Shown: in pieces, positions 19,890-27,822 of the stretch
Layout of the letters: the number at the start of each line of letters is the position of its first letter
Position numbering within the stretch: the stretch's first letter is position 1
Source of the DNA: Actinomycetota bacterium
Lineage (GTDB): Bacteria; Actinomycetota; CADDZG01; JAHWKV01
Assembly (NCBI GenBank): GCA_036258795.1
Contig: DATACZ010000010.1
Coordinates: forward strand, 1-51,790
Reading direction: 5' to 3'
DNA length: 51,790 bases
Notes under the pieces: model-generated
Databases searched by the model: none
Told to the model about the DNA's origin: nothing
What the model saw: the letters and a program-made list of their open reading frames with translations, nothing else
Translations under genes and position numbers: made by a program

Positions 19890-20122
19890 GCTCCCGGGAG
19901 ACCCTAGAGTTTGTGGTCTCGTATCTCGTCGATCACCCCAACGACATTCGGATCGAGGAGGACGACTCCGGCCGCACCATCGTCTACGACCTCTTCGTGC
20001 ATCCCGATGATGTCGGTAAGGTGATTGGTCGAAATGGGCGAATTGCCCGAGCCCTCAGAACCGTGGTCAAGGCGGCTGCCCTTCGGGAGGACCGTAACGC
20101 GATCGTCGAGATCGTCGACTGA
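19886..20122 (+). CDS. KH-domain RNA-binding protein (YlqC/UPF0109 family)
   Basis: 78 aa. [18 protein letters not shown] GxxG KH motif. ATGA overlap with rpsP. Conserved rpsP-KH-rimM order. Confidence 0.88.
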   Translation: MSSRETLEFVVSYLVDHPNDIRIEEDDSGRTIVYDLFVHPDDVGKVIGRNGRIARALRTVVKAAALREDRNAIVEIVD

Positions 20123-20636
20123 TCCCCCGGCAATCCTCATCGGACGGATCGTCAAAGCGCACGGGATTCGCGGTGAGGTCCTTATAAGGGTTCACTCCGA
20201 GAACCCCTCCAGGTTCCACCCGGGGTCAGAAGTGTTGGTAGGCGCCGACCCAGACTCCGTGGCGGCTCTGAAGGTAGTTGCCTCCCGCCCACACCAGGGC
20301 GCCATGATCGTGAAGTTCGGTGCCGTCGATACGAGGGACGAGGCTGAGCGGTTGAAGGGTGAGCTGATCTTTATCAGCGCCTCCGCCCTGGGCGGTCTCG
20401 AAGAGGATGCTTTTTGGGAGCATGAGCTCATAGGGCTGGAGGTAATCGATCCATCTGGCCGCCGGTTGGGGCATCTAGGAGAGATTGTCTCCCGGGCCGA
20501 CCAGGACCTGTGGAAGATCGAGACGGATAAGGGCCCGGTTCTTCTCCCCGCCGTCAAGGAGCTGGTCCGCTCTGTCGATCTCCAGTCCGGAAAGATAACG
20601 GCCGACCCTCCCGAAGGCCTCTTCGACGACCTTTAG
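20025..20636 (+). CDS. rimM: 16S rRNA processing protein RimM (start codon uncertain)
   Basis: Conserved core starts at ILIGRIVKAHGIRGEVLIRV (about 20133); PRC-barrel C-terminus. The only ATG/GTG/TTG candidates (20025, 20034, 20043) lie 80-98 nt inside the KH gene. See finding. Confidence 0.85.
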   Translation: MVEMGELPEPSEPWSRRLPFGRTVTRSSRSSTDPPAILIGRIVKAHGIRGEVLIRVHSENPSRFHPGSEVLVGADPDSVAALKVVASRPHQGAMIVKFGAVDTRDEAERLKGELIFISASALGGLEEDAFWEHELIGLEVIDPSGRRLGHLGEIVSRADQDLWKIETDKGPVLLPAVKELVRSVDLQSGKITADPPEGLFDDL

Positions 20637-20658
20637 TCGAACCCGGCAACGAGGACAA

Positions 20659-21384
20659 ATGAGGATTGACGTAGTCACCATCTTTCCCGAGGCTTTCACC
20701 TCGCCGCTTCAGGTTGGCCTTCTCGGAAAGGCGATCAAAGCAGGAATCATCGAGGTCAACGTTCACGACCTTCGCAACTGGGCTCCCGGTCCTCATCGGA
20801 AGGTCGACGAAGCTCCATTCGGTGGGGGCGCTGGAATGGTTATGACTCCCGGCCCCGTGGTAGACGCCGTCGAGTCTATCCGGCAGCCTGGGGCCAGGGT
20901 GATTCTTCTTAACGCAGCCGGAAGGCTGCTCGATCACTCGCTCGCTCGCGAGCTATCCGAAGATGGCCAGCTTGTTGTGGTGTGCGGCCGCTATGAGGGT
21001 ATGGATGAGCGGATCGGGCAGGCTCTCGACGCGACTGAGATCTCCATCGGTGACTTCGTCCTGTCGGGAGGGGAGGTGGCAGCCCTGGTACTGATCGAGG
21101 CGGTAGGGCGGTTTGTGCCGGGCATGGTGGGAAACGCTGCCTCGCTGGTGGAGGAGTCCTTCGCCGGGGCCTTGCTCGAATATCCTCAGTACACCCGGCC
21201 AGCCGAATTTAGGGGCCTGAGTGTGCCGGAGGTCCTTCTCTCGGGACATCACGACCGCATCGCCAGATGGCGCCGGGAGCAGGCGCTTCGGCGTACCTAC
21301 CTCCGACGCCCAGGTCTTCTAGAGAAGGCCGACCTGTCCGAAGAGGAGCAAGCGATGGTGCAGCGCTGGCGAGAGGAAGGGTGA
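20659..21384 (+). CDS. trmD: tRNA (guanine37-N1)-methyltransferase
   Basis: 241 aa. MRIDVVTIFPE, PFGGGAGMVM, VCGRYEGMDERI, SIGDFVLSGGE. Confidence 0.95.
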   Translation: MRIDVVTIFPEAFTSPLQVGLLGKAIKAGIIEVNVHDLRNWAPGPHRKVDEAPFGGGAGMVMTPGPVVDAVESIRQPGARVILLNAAGRLLDHSLARELSEDGQLVVVCGRYEGMDERIGQALDATEISIGDFVLSGGEVAALVLIEAVGRFVPGMVGNAASLVEESFAGALLEYPQYTRPAEFRGLSVPEVLLSGHHDRIARWRREQALRRTYLRRPGLLEKADLSEEEQAMVQRWREEG

Positions 21385-21448
21385 TGGTGGACCCTTTTCC
21401 GTTATCATCAGTTACTCACCTATAGATCCAAGCTGGTGGCCCATTCCC

Positions 21449-21470
21449 GTCAGACCTATTAGGTCTCGAC
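21449..21470 (+). promoter_or_regulatory. Hairpin in the rplS 5' leader
   Basis: agacct-att-aggtct perfect 6-bp stem (21452-21466), extendable to gtcagacct/aggtctcgac with one bulge. Lies 16 nt upstream of the rplS ATG, just 5' of SD ggagga (21477-21482). Function not established. Confidence 0.3.
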
Positions 21471-21485
21471 ACTATCGGAGGAGCG

Positions 21486-21830
21486 ATGACTAAGACGGAC
21501 GCCCTGGTGCGCCCGGTTCTGAGATCTGATCTGCCCGACTTTCGACCTGGAGACACGGTCAAGGTTCATGTACGGGTGGTTGAGGGAGCCCGGGAACGGA
21601 TTCAGATATTTCAGGGCATCGTGATTCGCCGTCAGGGGTCCGGGGTTCGAGAGACGTTCACCGTGAGGAAGGTGTCCTTTGGAGTGGGCGTAGAGCGCAC
21701 CTTTCCAGTTCACTCTCCCATGATTGCCACCATTGAGGTGGTAACCCGAGCCGATGTCAGGCGGGCCAAGCTCTACTACCTACGCTCGCGGGTGGGGCGC
21801 GCTGCCAAGGTCAAAGAGAAGCGGTTCTAG
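21486..21830 (+). CDS. rplS: 50S ribosomal protein L19
   Basis: 114 aa. [37 protein letters not shown]...[21 protein letters not shown]. Confidence 0.95.
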   Translation: MTKTDALVRPVLRSDLPDFRPGDTVKVHVRVVEGARERIQIFQGIVIRRQGSGVRETFTVRKVSFGVGVERTFPVHSPMIATIEVVTRADVRRAKLYYLRSRVGRAAKVKEKRF

Positions 21831-21835
21831 AAGCG

Positions 21836-22831
21836 GTGCAGACCAGATACGGGCCTAAGCACAGGGCCAAGCCCGGTAAGAAGCACGCGGCACGGTTGGG
21901 CAAAAGAGGCAGGCGTGCTCCCATGCTCACTCGTCGAGCTACCGACGGGCAGACGCCTGATCCGACCCGAGCTCGGCCGTCTGAGGATTCACCCGTACGA
22001 CCGTCCGGTAATACTGCGGTAGGTCCTTCTGAGCAGCTACCAGTAAAGGAAGTGGCGGTGCGGCGGGAGCCCCCGGCGCCAACCCGGCCAGAGAGGCCGG
22101 CTGATACCTCAGCCAGAAGAACTGCTGCTCCGGTCGAAGACGACTTTTTCACCTCTGGCGGACATGACCCAGTGGGGCCGGATGGCTTTCGTCCATCACC
22201 CAGGCCGAGACTGAGAGATACCGAAGCCCCCAAGCAGAGCGTCGGCCAGTTCATCAAAGAGCTACCGGTTCTCATCGTGGTGGCGCTTGCCATCGCCATC
22301 ATCGTCAAGACGTTCGTCATGCAGGCTTTCTTCATCCCTTCGGGCTCAATGGAGAACACCCTGGAGGTAGGGGACCGCGTTCTCGTCGCCAAGTTCCTCT
22401 ACCGGTTCGTTGAGCCCAAACATCCCGACATCGTTGTTTTCGTCTCGCCCGTGAGTCCCCCCACTCCCGAACCCGAGAGGAACCTGTTCGGTAAATTGAC
22501 AAATGAGATCGCGGAGGGCTTGGGGCTTAGGTCGTCCGAGCAGGACTTCATCAAGAGGGTGATTGCCACAGAAGGGCAAACTGTGGAGGTCAAGGTGGGC
22601 TCGGTCTTTGTAAACAACCGGAGGATCGATGAGCCCTACCTGCACGATATGGACCCCCTGCCCGACTATGGTCCGACCGTCGTTCCCCCGGGGACGGTGT
22701 TCGTGATGGGTGACAACCGAAGCAACTCCGAGGATTCCAGGGTTTTTGGTCCTATTGCCAAATCCAGCATCGTCGGCAGGGCATTCGTGCTCATCTGGCC
22801 ACTCGACCGAGTAAGTTGGCTGGGGGGGTGA
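21836..22831 (+). CDS. lepB: Signal peptidase I with ~135-aa disordered basic/Pro-rich N-terminal extension
   Basis: GTG 6 nt after the rplS stop. TM LPVLIVVALAIAIIV, catalytic Ser box IPSGSMENTL, Lys box FIKRVIATEG, GDNRSNSEDSR. Confidence 0.9.
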   Translation: MQTRYGPKHRAKPGKKHAARLGKRGRRAPMLTRRATDGQTPDPTRARPSEDSPVRPSGNTAVGPSEQLPVKEVAVRREPPAPTRPERPADTSARRTAAPVEDDFFTSGGHDPVGPDGFRPSPRPRLRDTEAPKQSVGQFIKELPVLIVVALAIAIIVKTFVMQAFFIPSGSMENTLEVGDRVLVAKFLYRFVEPKHPDIVVFVSPVSPPTPEPERNLFGKLTNEIAEGLGLRSSEQDFIKRVIATEGQTVEVKVGSVFVNNRRIDEPYLHDMDPLPDYGPTVVPPGTVFVMGDNRSNSEDSRVFGPIAKSSIVGRAFVLIWPLDRVSWLGG

Positions 22832-22867
22832 ACCTACACTTCCCTCCATGACCTGCGGTGGAGGAGA

Positions 22868-23638
22868 TTGAGCTTCAAGGCAACCTACCGAACGGCGGCT
22901 TACCGGGGACGATCCAGGTCCGGCCGGGCCGGCAGGACCAACCCCGTACCCAGCATGAAGTATGAGCTGGCTCTTAGGGCCGGCGGAGCGGAGCTCATCG
23001 GCGGAGTCGACGAGGTCGGAGTCGGCGCGTGGGCGGGACCCGTTGCAGTGGGAGTCGTCGTTTTAAAGCCCGGGACTCGTCTGTACAAAGTCCGCGACTC
23101 GAAGCTCGTCGACCCGGCCAGGAGACAGTGGCTTGCCGCTCGAGTCATGGAGCGGAGCCTTGCCTGGGCCGTGGCCTTCTCATGGCCCGAGGAGATCGAC
23201 CGCCTTGGCCTCTCGCTGGCCATCAAGCTTGCGGCGGAGCGGGCCATCGAGGGGTTGGCCTGCCGCCCCGATGCGTTCCTCGTGGATGGGCAGTGGAACT
23301 TCCTGAATTGGGAGCCACCGCCGGAACGCGGTACATCCGGCTCGTTCATCTCGGCATCTCCACCCTGCGATAGCCGCACCATCGTCCGGGGCGACAGTGA
23401 GTCCGTCTCCATAGCGTGTGCCTCGCTCATCGCCAAGGTCAGGCGAGACGCCTTGATGGCCATGCTCTCTTCCATGTATCCGTACTACCGATTCGACCTG
23501 AACAAGGGTTACCCCTCTCCTTTTCACAAGTGGGCGCTCGCGGCTTTTGGCCCCTCGCCGGTGCATCGGCGGCTCTTTGCGCCCGTGCGGAAGCTTGCGG
23601 AGGAGGGGACCCCAGGCAGGCTTCTGCCGGCCCCCTAG
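22868..23638 (+). CDS. rnhB: Ribonuclease HII
   Basis: TTG start preceded by ggaggag. GVDEVGVGAWAGPVAVGVVVL catalytic DE motif, RDSKLV, DSESVSIACASLIAKVRRD, GYPS. Confidence 0.9.
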   Translation: MSFKATYRTAAYRGRSRSGRAGRTNPVPSMKYELALRAGGAELIGGVDEVGVGAWAGPVAVGVVVLKPGTRLYKVRDSKLVDPARRQWLAARVMERSLAWAVAFSWPEEIDRLGLSLAIKLAAERAIEGLACRPDAFLVDGQWNFLNWEPPPERGTSGSFISASPPCDSRTIVRGDSESVSIACASLIAKVRRDALMAMLSSMYPYYRFDLNKGYPSPFHKWALAAFGPSPVHRRLFAPVRKLAEEGTPGRLLPAP

Positions 23639-23688
23639 CTGGGTGTCTATGGCAAGTCGTCGCCGACCCATGCAAGGATCGGAAGGCG

Positions 23689-25077
23689 TCATGCCGGCGG
23701 CGGACCCAAGCCCTCTTCCCTCGCTGACCGATTCTTGCCGGCAGCTTCTCTGTTAGCGACCATTCGTCCGGCCCCGGCGAGCATTCGGGGCAACCGATCG
23801 GCTCCGCGCTTTAGGGCCCACATGAGGGTCATGACGCGCCACGCTCTCGACTGCTGAATACCCGTGATCTCATCGCTGAGGCGTGTAGCGAGCTCCTGCG
23901 CCTCACTAAGTGCAGCCCTGAGCTGGGCAGCTTCGGCCTCGGACTTTGCTGCCAGGTCGGTTGCCGAATCCAGTGAGGCCTGGAGGTGTGCGGCCTTGTC
24001 CTCGGCTGCTTGCTCACGCTGCTCGTGATAACGGACTATTCCCTGGAGCTCTTCCGCCCACTGCCTTAGCTCTCTGATGGCTTCCTGAGCCCTCCTGAGC
24101 TCTGTACCGTAGCGCCGATCCAGTACCCTGGTCCTTTCTTCGTCCAGAAGGCGATGCCGAGCTCGCTCCGCAAACAAAAGGGACCGGTGGAACCCGGCAT
24201 CCTGAGCGTGTTGAAGGTTCTCGACGTAGTAGAGGGGCCCCATGACGCCCAAGACCGTTTCCACTGCGCTTCTCATCGAGTCGCTGGAGTGCCGTGGAGA
24301 CCCTTGCCCCAGGGCTAGAGCCAACGTTGCGGAGCTGGTTCCACGCACATGGTCCGACCTCGGAGTCCGCAGGGTTGAGGCGACTCGTCCGAGCACGTCC
24401 CCGTTCTCACCGTCGATGTGGACAAGCTCCTCGAAAAGAGATGGGGAGTGATGATCTGCCTCGAGCAAGGCCGGCCATACGCAAGCCTGGAGAAAGGTGA
24501 CGATGTCGAGAGCAATTGCACGGTCACTTGCAACCCGCACGGAGTTCAGCCCGTCCCAAAAAGCCGAGGGTCCCTCCGGCCCGGAAGTCCATAGTGAGTT
24601 CACTAGGGTCGGGCTCCCGTGTGCCACGCCAAGATCATGCATGGCGCCCAGTCCATCGGCCAGCTGGGCGAGCACCTGCTCGAGGGCGTTTGGGTCCCAT
24701 CGGATCCGTCGAGCCGACGGCGCCACCAGCCCAGACCCGAACCCGAAATCCTGAATCGGGCGTGCCTCAACGAGGGGTGTGGCGAAGGAACAGGAGCACA
24801 GGGCCACGACGGCCTGAACATAAGGAGGCGACGCTTGCCGCAGGGCATCCAGAAGCTCATGGCGTTGCTCAATGGTCGTCTGATCGCCTGGAAGGAATAC
24901 CGGAGATCCGGGATGTTGGTCACCGGCGGTGATCATCCGTACGCCTACTTTGTCCTTGGCTCCAATGCCCTCGGACTGGGCCTCCGGGCCCATCTTTGAA
25001 GCACCGCGCATATCGCCAAGCGAGAGACATCCAGGACCGCAGGGAACCCGAGCGCTCATCTGAGGTTCACGCGGCAT
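23689..25077 (-). CDS. Protein-kinase-like (apparently pseudokinase) domain + ~110-aa coiled coil + basic C-terminal helix; WbdD-like architecture (inference)
   Basis: 462-aa ORF. An alternative ATG at 25059 forms an ATGA overlap with the upstream GT stop. Kinase-like catalytic-loop pattern LADGLGAMHDLGVAHGSPTLVN (HGS where APH/Kdo-type kinases have HGD), followed by FWDGLNS. Residues ~300-410 are heptad-rich and charged (ELRRAQEAIRELRQWAEELQ...AEAAQLRAALSEAQELATRLSDEI). The tail is SRAWRVMTLMWALKRGADRLPRML. Confidence 0.6.
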   Translation of the reverse strand: MPREPQMSARVPCGPGCLSLGDMRGASKMGPEAQSEGIGAKDKVGVRMITAGDQHPGSPVFLPGDQTTIEQRHELLDALRQASPPYVQAVVALCSCSFATPLVEARPIQDFGFGSGLVAPSARRIRWDPNALEQVLAQLADGLGAMHDLGVAHGSPTLVNSLWTSGPEGPSAFWDGLNSVRVASDRAIALDIVTFLQACVWPALLEADHHSPSLFEELVHIDGENGDVLGRVASTLRTPRSDHVRGTSSATLALALGQGSPRHSSDSMRSAVETVLGVMGPLYYVENLQHAQDAGFHRSLLFAERARHRLLDEERTRVLDRRYGTELRRAQEAIRELRQWAEELQGIVRYHEQREQAAEDKAAHLQASLDSATDLAAKSEAEAAQLRAALSEAQELATRLSDEITGIQQSRAWRVMTLMWALKRGADRLPRMLAGAGRMVANREAAGKNRSAREEGLGPPPA

Positions 25078-27335
25078 AACCGGCGAGGCTGGCCGCCGGC
25101 CCCCACCGTGCTTGCAACCATCTCGAAGCCCGTCGCCAGATCATTTTCAAGAAGCCACCTGGCAAGGGAGAACTGGCCGTGGGGATCAAACGGCTGAGCG
25201 GGACCTTCGTCCACGGGGACCTCAACGTACAGGCTCCGGCTAACACGCTTGCAGAGCTCGGCCAGGATTCCGGACTGCTGTTGCAGGGTTGAAGAAGCTG
25301 TTTCCGGCCATGCCGGAGCCACCTCATCCCCCAGTCCTACCACCAGTGCAATGTCGTAAAAGGCGTCAGAGCGGGCAAGATGCTGTTGAATGGCCGCCTC
25401 GTCCAGCCCAGACCCAGGGCCGCCGCCTTCGACGCCCGTGACCCTGTATCCCATGTCGGACAGCAACAGGCAAACCGTCTCAACGGTGGGCCCGACGGCC
25501 AGGATGGGCGAAGAGGGGGCTACCCCTTCCACAGCAAGGTCCACCGCCATGGCCAGGGCCATGTCGATTCCTACTCGTTCATAGGAATCCCCATTGGCGG
25601 ACAGCTCCTGGAGCAGCAAGTCGACGTCGCCTTCCTTCAAGCGCTGACGGGCCTGGGGCGATAGGTCACGCGGAAAGCGTGTCGCCTGGGGCAATGTCTC
25701 AAAATCGATGCCTCCCGCGAGCTCCCGAATCAGTTGTAAGAAGCCCTCTGCGGCTTTGGCGGCGTCATGGTTCTGCCGAACTCTCTTTCTGGAAGCCTCG
25801 ATCATCCTCCGTCTGGGCTCTTCGGCGAGGCCCAATGCCTTATCGAACGCGTGGGCCAGTTCGGCGACGTCGCCTGGCTCACACAACAAGCCGTTTACCC
25901 CATCTTCGATCACCTCGGCCACGCCCCCGACCCGCGTGCTTAGGACGGGAACGCCGAAGGCCATGGCCTCCAGCACCACGGAAGGCTGTGCCTCGTCAAC
26001 TGAGGCCGAAACGAGCAGATCGGCAGCCAAATACCACTGCGATATGTCAGGCGATATGGGCAGGATCCGTATCTTGGATCCCAATCCGGCCCGGTCAAGG
26101 TAGCTTCTCAATCCTTCGGCGTAGGCTCCACCAATATCGCCCACCATGGCGATCACTGTTGCCGGATGGTGGGGAAGGGTCAGGTAGGAGGCCAGAGCCA
26201 GAACGGTCTGGCTCTTACGAGGAGAGATGATCCCGGAGCACAGGACAAGCCGCTCTGGTGGCCCCACGCCGCAGCTGGCCCGAGCGGATTCCCTTTGGGT
26301 TTCAGCTCTTAGGGCTTCGATGGCCCATACCTCGATCGCATTGGGTACCACGGTGAAGTTACCGCCGACCTCATACTGCTCGAAGATCCTTTTCTGGGCG
26401 TCGCAGACAAACGCCACCTTGGATGCCGATAGGAACAGTGTGCGGGCGCGCTGGTATGCGGTTGGGGACATGGCTCCAGTCGCCAGCGCCTGGCCCCAGA
26501 ACACGGGAAGGTCCTGGCTCTCGTGAACGGTGAATAGGCTGGGTACACCCGTTGCCTGAGCCACCTCCAGCCCTATGAACGAGACGAGTGTGCTCGCCCA
26601 TACGAGGTTGAAGTTTTCCCTTTCGAACCAGCGCGAAAGCTCGTGAACTCTTTGTTCGTACTGCTCGGGGTTCTCGTATGAGTAGCTGCCGCAGATGTGA
26701 ACCGGGACGCCGATCAAGGCAAGCTCAGCTCGCATAGGACCATCGGTCGGGGACACAACCGTGAAGCTGAGGCCAGGACGGCCGGCAAGGTGATCCAGCA
26801 GCTCTAGCAGGCGAAGCTGGGATCCGGCCCTTAACAGGTCGTGGATAAAGAGGGCTACCTTGATGCCGGTGAGGTTGGCGGCAGGCACGTAAACGGGCCG
26901 TCCGCTGTTCTTAAAAGAGAAATCAGTGGCTGGGCTTGCCGATGTGAGTGGCTTGGTCCTCAGCCTCAAGGGTGGCAAGCCAAAACGCGTCCCATCAACG
27001 GTGGTCGCAGTTATCTCAACCCGGACGTCCGAGGCGGGTTCCGCCCATCGGGCAATATCCACTTCGAAGTCGAACCCGCACACCGCCGCCGCGGGCAGAT
27101 GGATTACCTCTCCCAGGTCGGGCCGCGGCAGCCCCAAACGGGTACGGCCGGCCAGCTGGCCGTTGATCGTGACCTCGGCACGGGATACGAAGGGATCGGC
27201 CAGCGCCCAGCCTCGGATGAAGAGATACCCACAGTCGACGAGTTGTCCGTCACTTGGCTCGTCGATCACTCCTGTGGGGAGAGCAACTCGACGATCCATC
27301 ACCCTGTCAGAATAGGGGCGGGCCCAGAGGAGCAC
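25056..27335 (-). CDS. Three-domain glycosyltransferase: N-terminal beta-rich domain, GT4 (GT-B) core, C-terminal methyltransferase-like Rossmann domain with degenerate SAM loop
   Basis: 759 aa (GTG 27335; alternative ATG 27299). GT4 C-terminal signature with EX7E: SVDEAQPSVVLEAMAFGVPVLSTRVGGVAEVIEDGVNGLLCEPGD. The C-terminal ~170 aa follow the class I MTase layout (ILAVGPTVETVCLLLSDMGYRVTGVE / FYDIALVVGLGDEV / ILAELCKRVSRSLYVEVP) but lack GxGxG. Confidence 0.75.
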   Translation of the reverse strand: MLLWARPYSDRVMDRRVALPTGVIDEPSDGQLVDCGYLFIRGWALADPFVSRAEVTINGQLAGRTRLGLPRPDLGEVIHLPAAAVCGFDFEVDIARWAEPASDVRVEITATTVDGTRFGLPPLRLRTKPLTSASPATDFSFKNSGRPVYVPAANLTGIKVALFIHDLLRAGSQLRLLELLDHLAGRPGLSFTVVSPTDGPMRAELALIGVPVHICGSYSYENPEQYEQRVHELSRWFERENFNLVWASTLVSFIGLEVAQATGVPSLFTVHESQDLPVFWGQALATGAMSPTAYQRARTLFLSASKVAFVCDAQKRIFEQYEVGGNFTVVPNAIEVWAIEALRAETQRESARASCGVGPPERLVLCSGIISPRKSQTVLALASYLTLPHHPATVIAMVGDIGGAYAEGLRSYLDRAGLGSKIRILPISPDISQWYLAADLLVSASVDEAQPSVVLEAMAFGVPVLSTRVGGVAEVIEDGVNGLLCEPGDVAELAHAFDKALGLAEEPRRRMIEASRKRVRQNHDAAKAAEGFLQLIRELAGGIDFETLPQATRFPRDLSPQARQRLKEGDVDLLLQELSANGDSYERVGIDMALAMAVDLAVEGVAPSSPILAVGPTVETVCLLLSDMGYRVTGVEGGGPGSGLDEAAIQQHLARSDAFYDIALVVGLGDEVAPAWPETASSTLQQQSGILAELCKRVSRSLYVEVPVDEGPAQPFDPHGQFSLARWLLENDLATGFEMVASTVGAGGQPRRLCRVNLR

Positions 27336-27397
27336 AAGGATTGCACGGTTAGGGCATTCTTGACGTGTTCGCGGCGTTTATCTTGGGAAGCGCTCAG

Positions 27398-27422
27398 CGT
27401 CTGTCTTCTGATTGGACAGACG
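27398..27422. promoter_or_regulatory. Perfect 8-bp inverted repeat in the divergent intergenic region (candidate operator or hairpin)
   Basis: CGTCTGTC (27398-27405) - 9 nt - GACAGACG (27415-27422). Lies 63 nt upstream of the GT gene GTG (27335, minus strand) and 48 nt upstream of the DUF2469 TTG (27470). Confidence 0.35.
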
Positions 27423-27469
27423 GTTAGAGGTCGAACCTAGTACCATCGACTCTGACGGGGGGTTGATAC

Positions 27470-27784
27470 TTGAGCGCCGAAGACCTAGAGCAGTTCGAGA
27501 CGGAGCTAGAGCTTGCTCTTTACCGGGAGTACCGGGATGTCCTACCCATGTTCAAGTACGTCGTAGAGACGGACCGGCGTTCCTACCTCTGCAACAAGTA
27601 CGAGGTCCAGGCCCAAAAAGGCGACGCTGGAACTTGGTTCGAGGTAATCTTGAAAGACGCCTGGGCTTGGGACATCTACCGGCCCAGCCGCTTTGTGTCC
27701 GAGGTGAGAATCCACACCGTTCGGGACCTCAACATCGAGGAGCTTCCCAATCAGACGGAGCGTTCGTCGCTGGAGGACCTCTAA
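27470..27784 (+). CDS. DUF2469 family protein (actinobacteria-specific)
   Basis: 104 aa: MSAEDLEQFETELELALYREYRDVLPMFKYVVETDRRSYLCNKYEVQ... matches my memory of DUF2469 and its position between rnhB and yraN. Confidence 0.8.
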   Translation: MSAEDLEQFETELELALYREYRDVLPMFKYVVETDRRSYLCNKYEVQAQKGDAGTWFEVILKDAWAWDIYRPSRFVSEVRIHTVRDLNIEELPNQTERSSLEDL

Positions 27785-27822
27785 CCGTCAGGATTGTCAC
27801 TGCCCGAAGATAGTCTTCCGGC

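Noticed and set aside
21640-21660. GGTTCGA-like strings (for example 21654, 27621, 8497) checked as possible tRNA T-arms.
   Set aside because: All lie inside well-supported CDSs or in the terminator hairpin. No cloverleaf (acceptor stem or anticodon arm) can be built around them.
21836-22240. Low-complexity extensions on housekeeping proteins: LepB N-terminus, S2 C-terminal acidic tail (33290-33597), CdsA basic N-terminus (35862-36030) and FabD basic tail.
   Set aside because: Such disordered extensions are common in Actinomycetota versions of these proteins, and alternative shorter starts are mostly unavailable. They are noted in the features but not considered novel.
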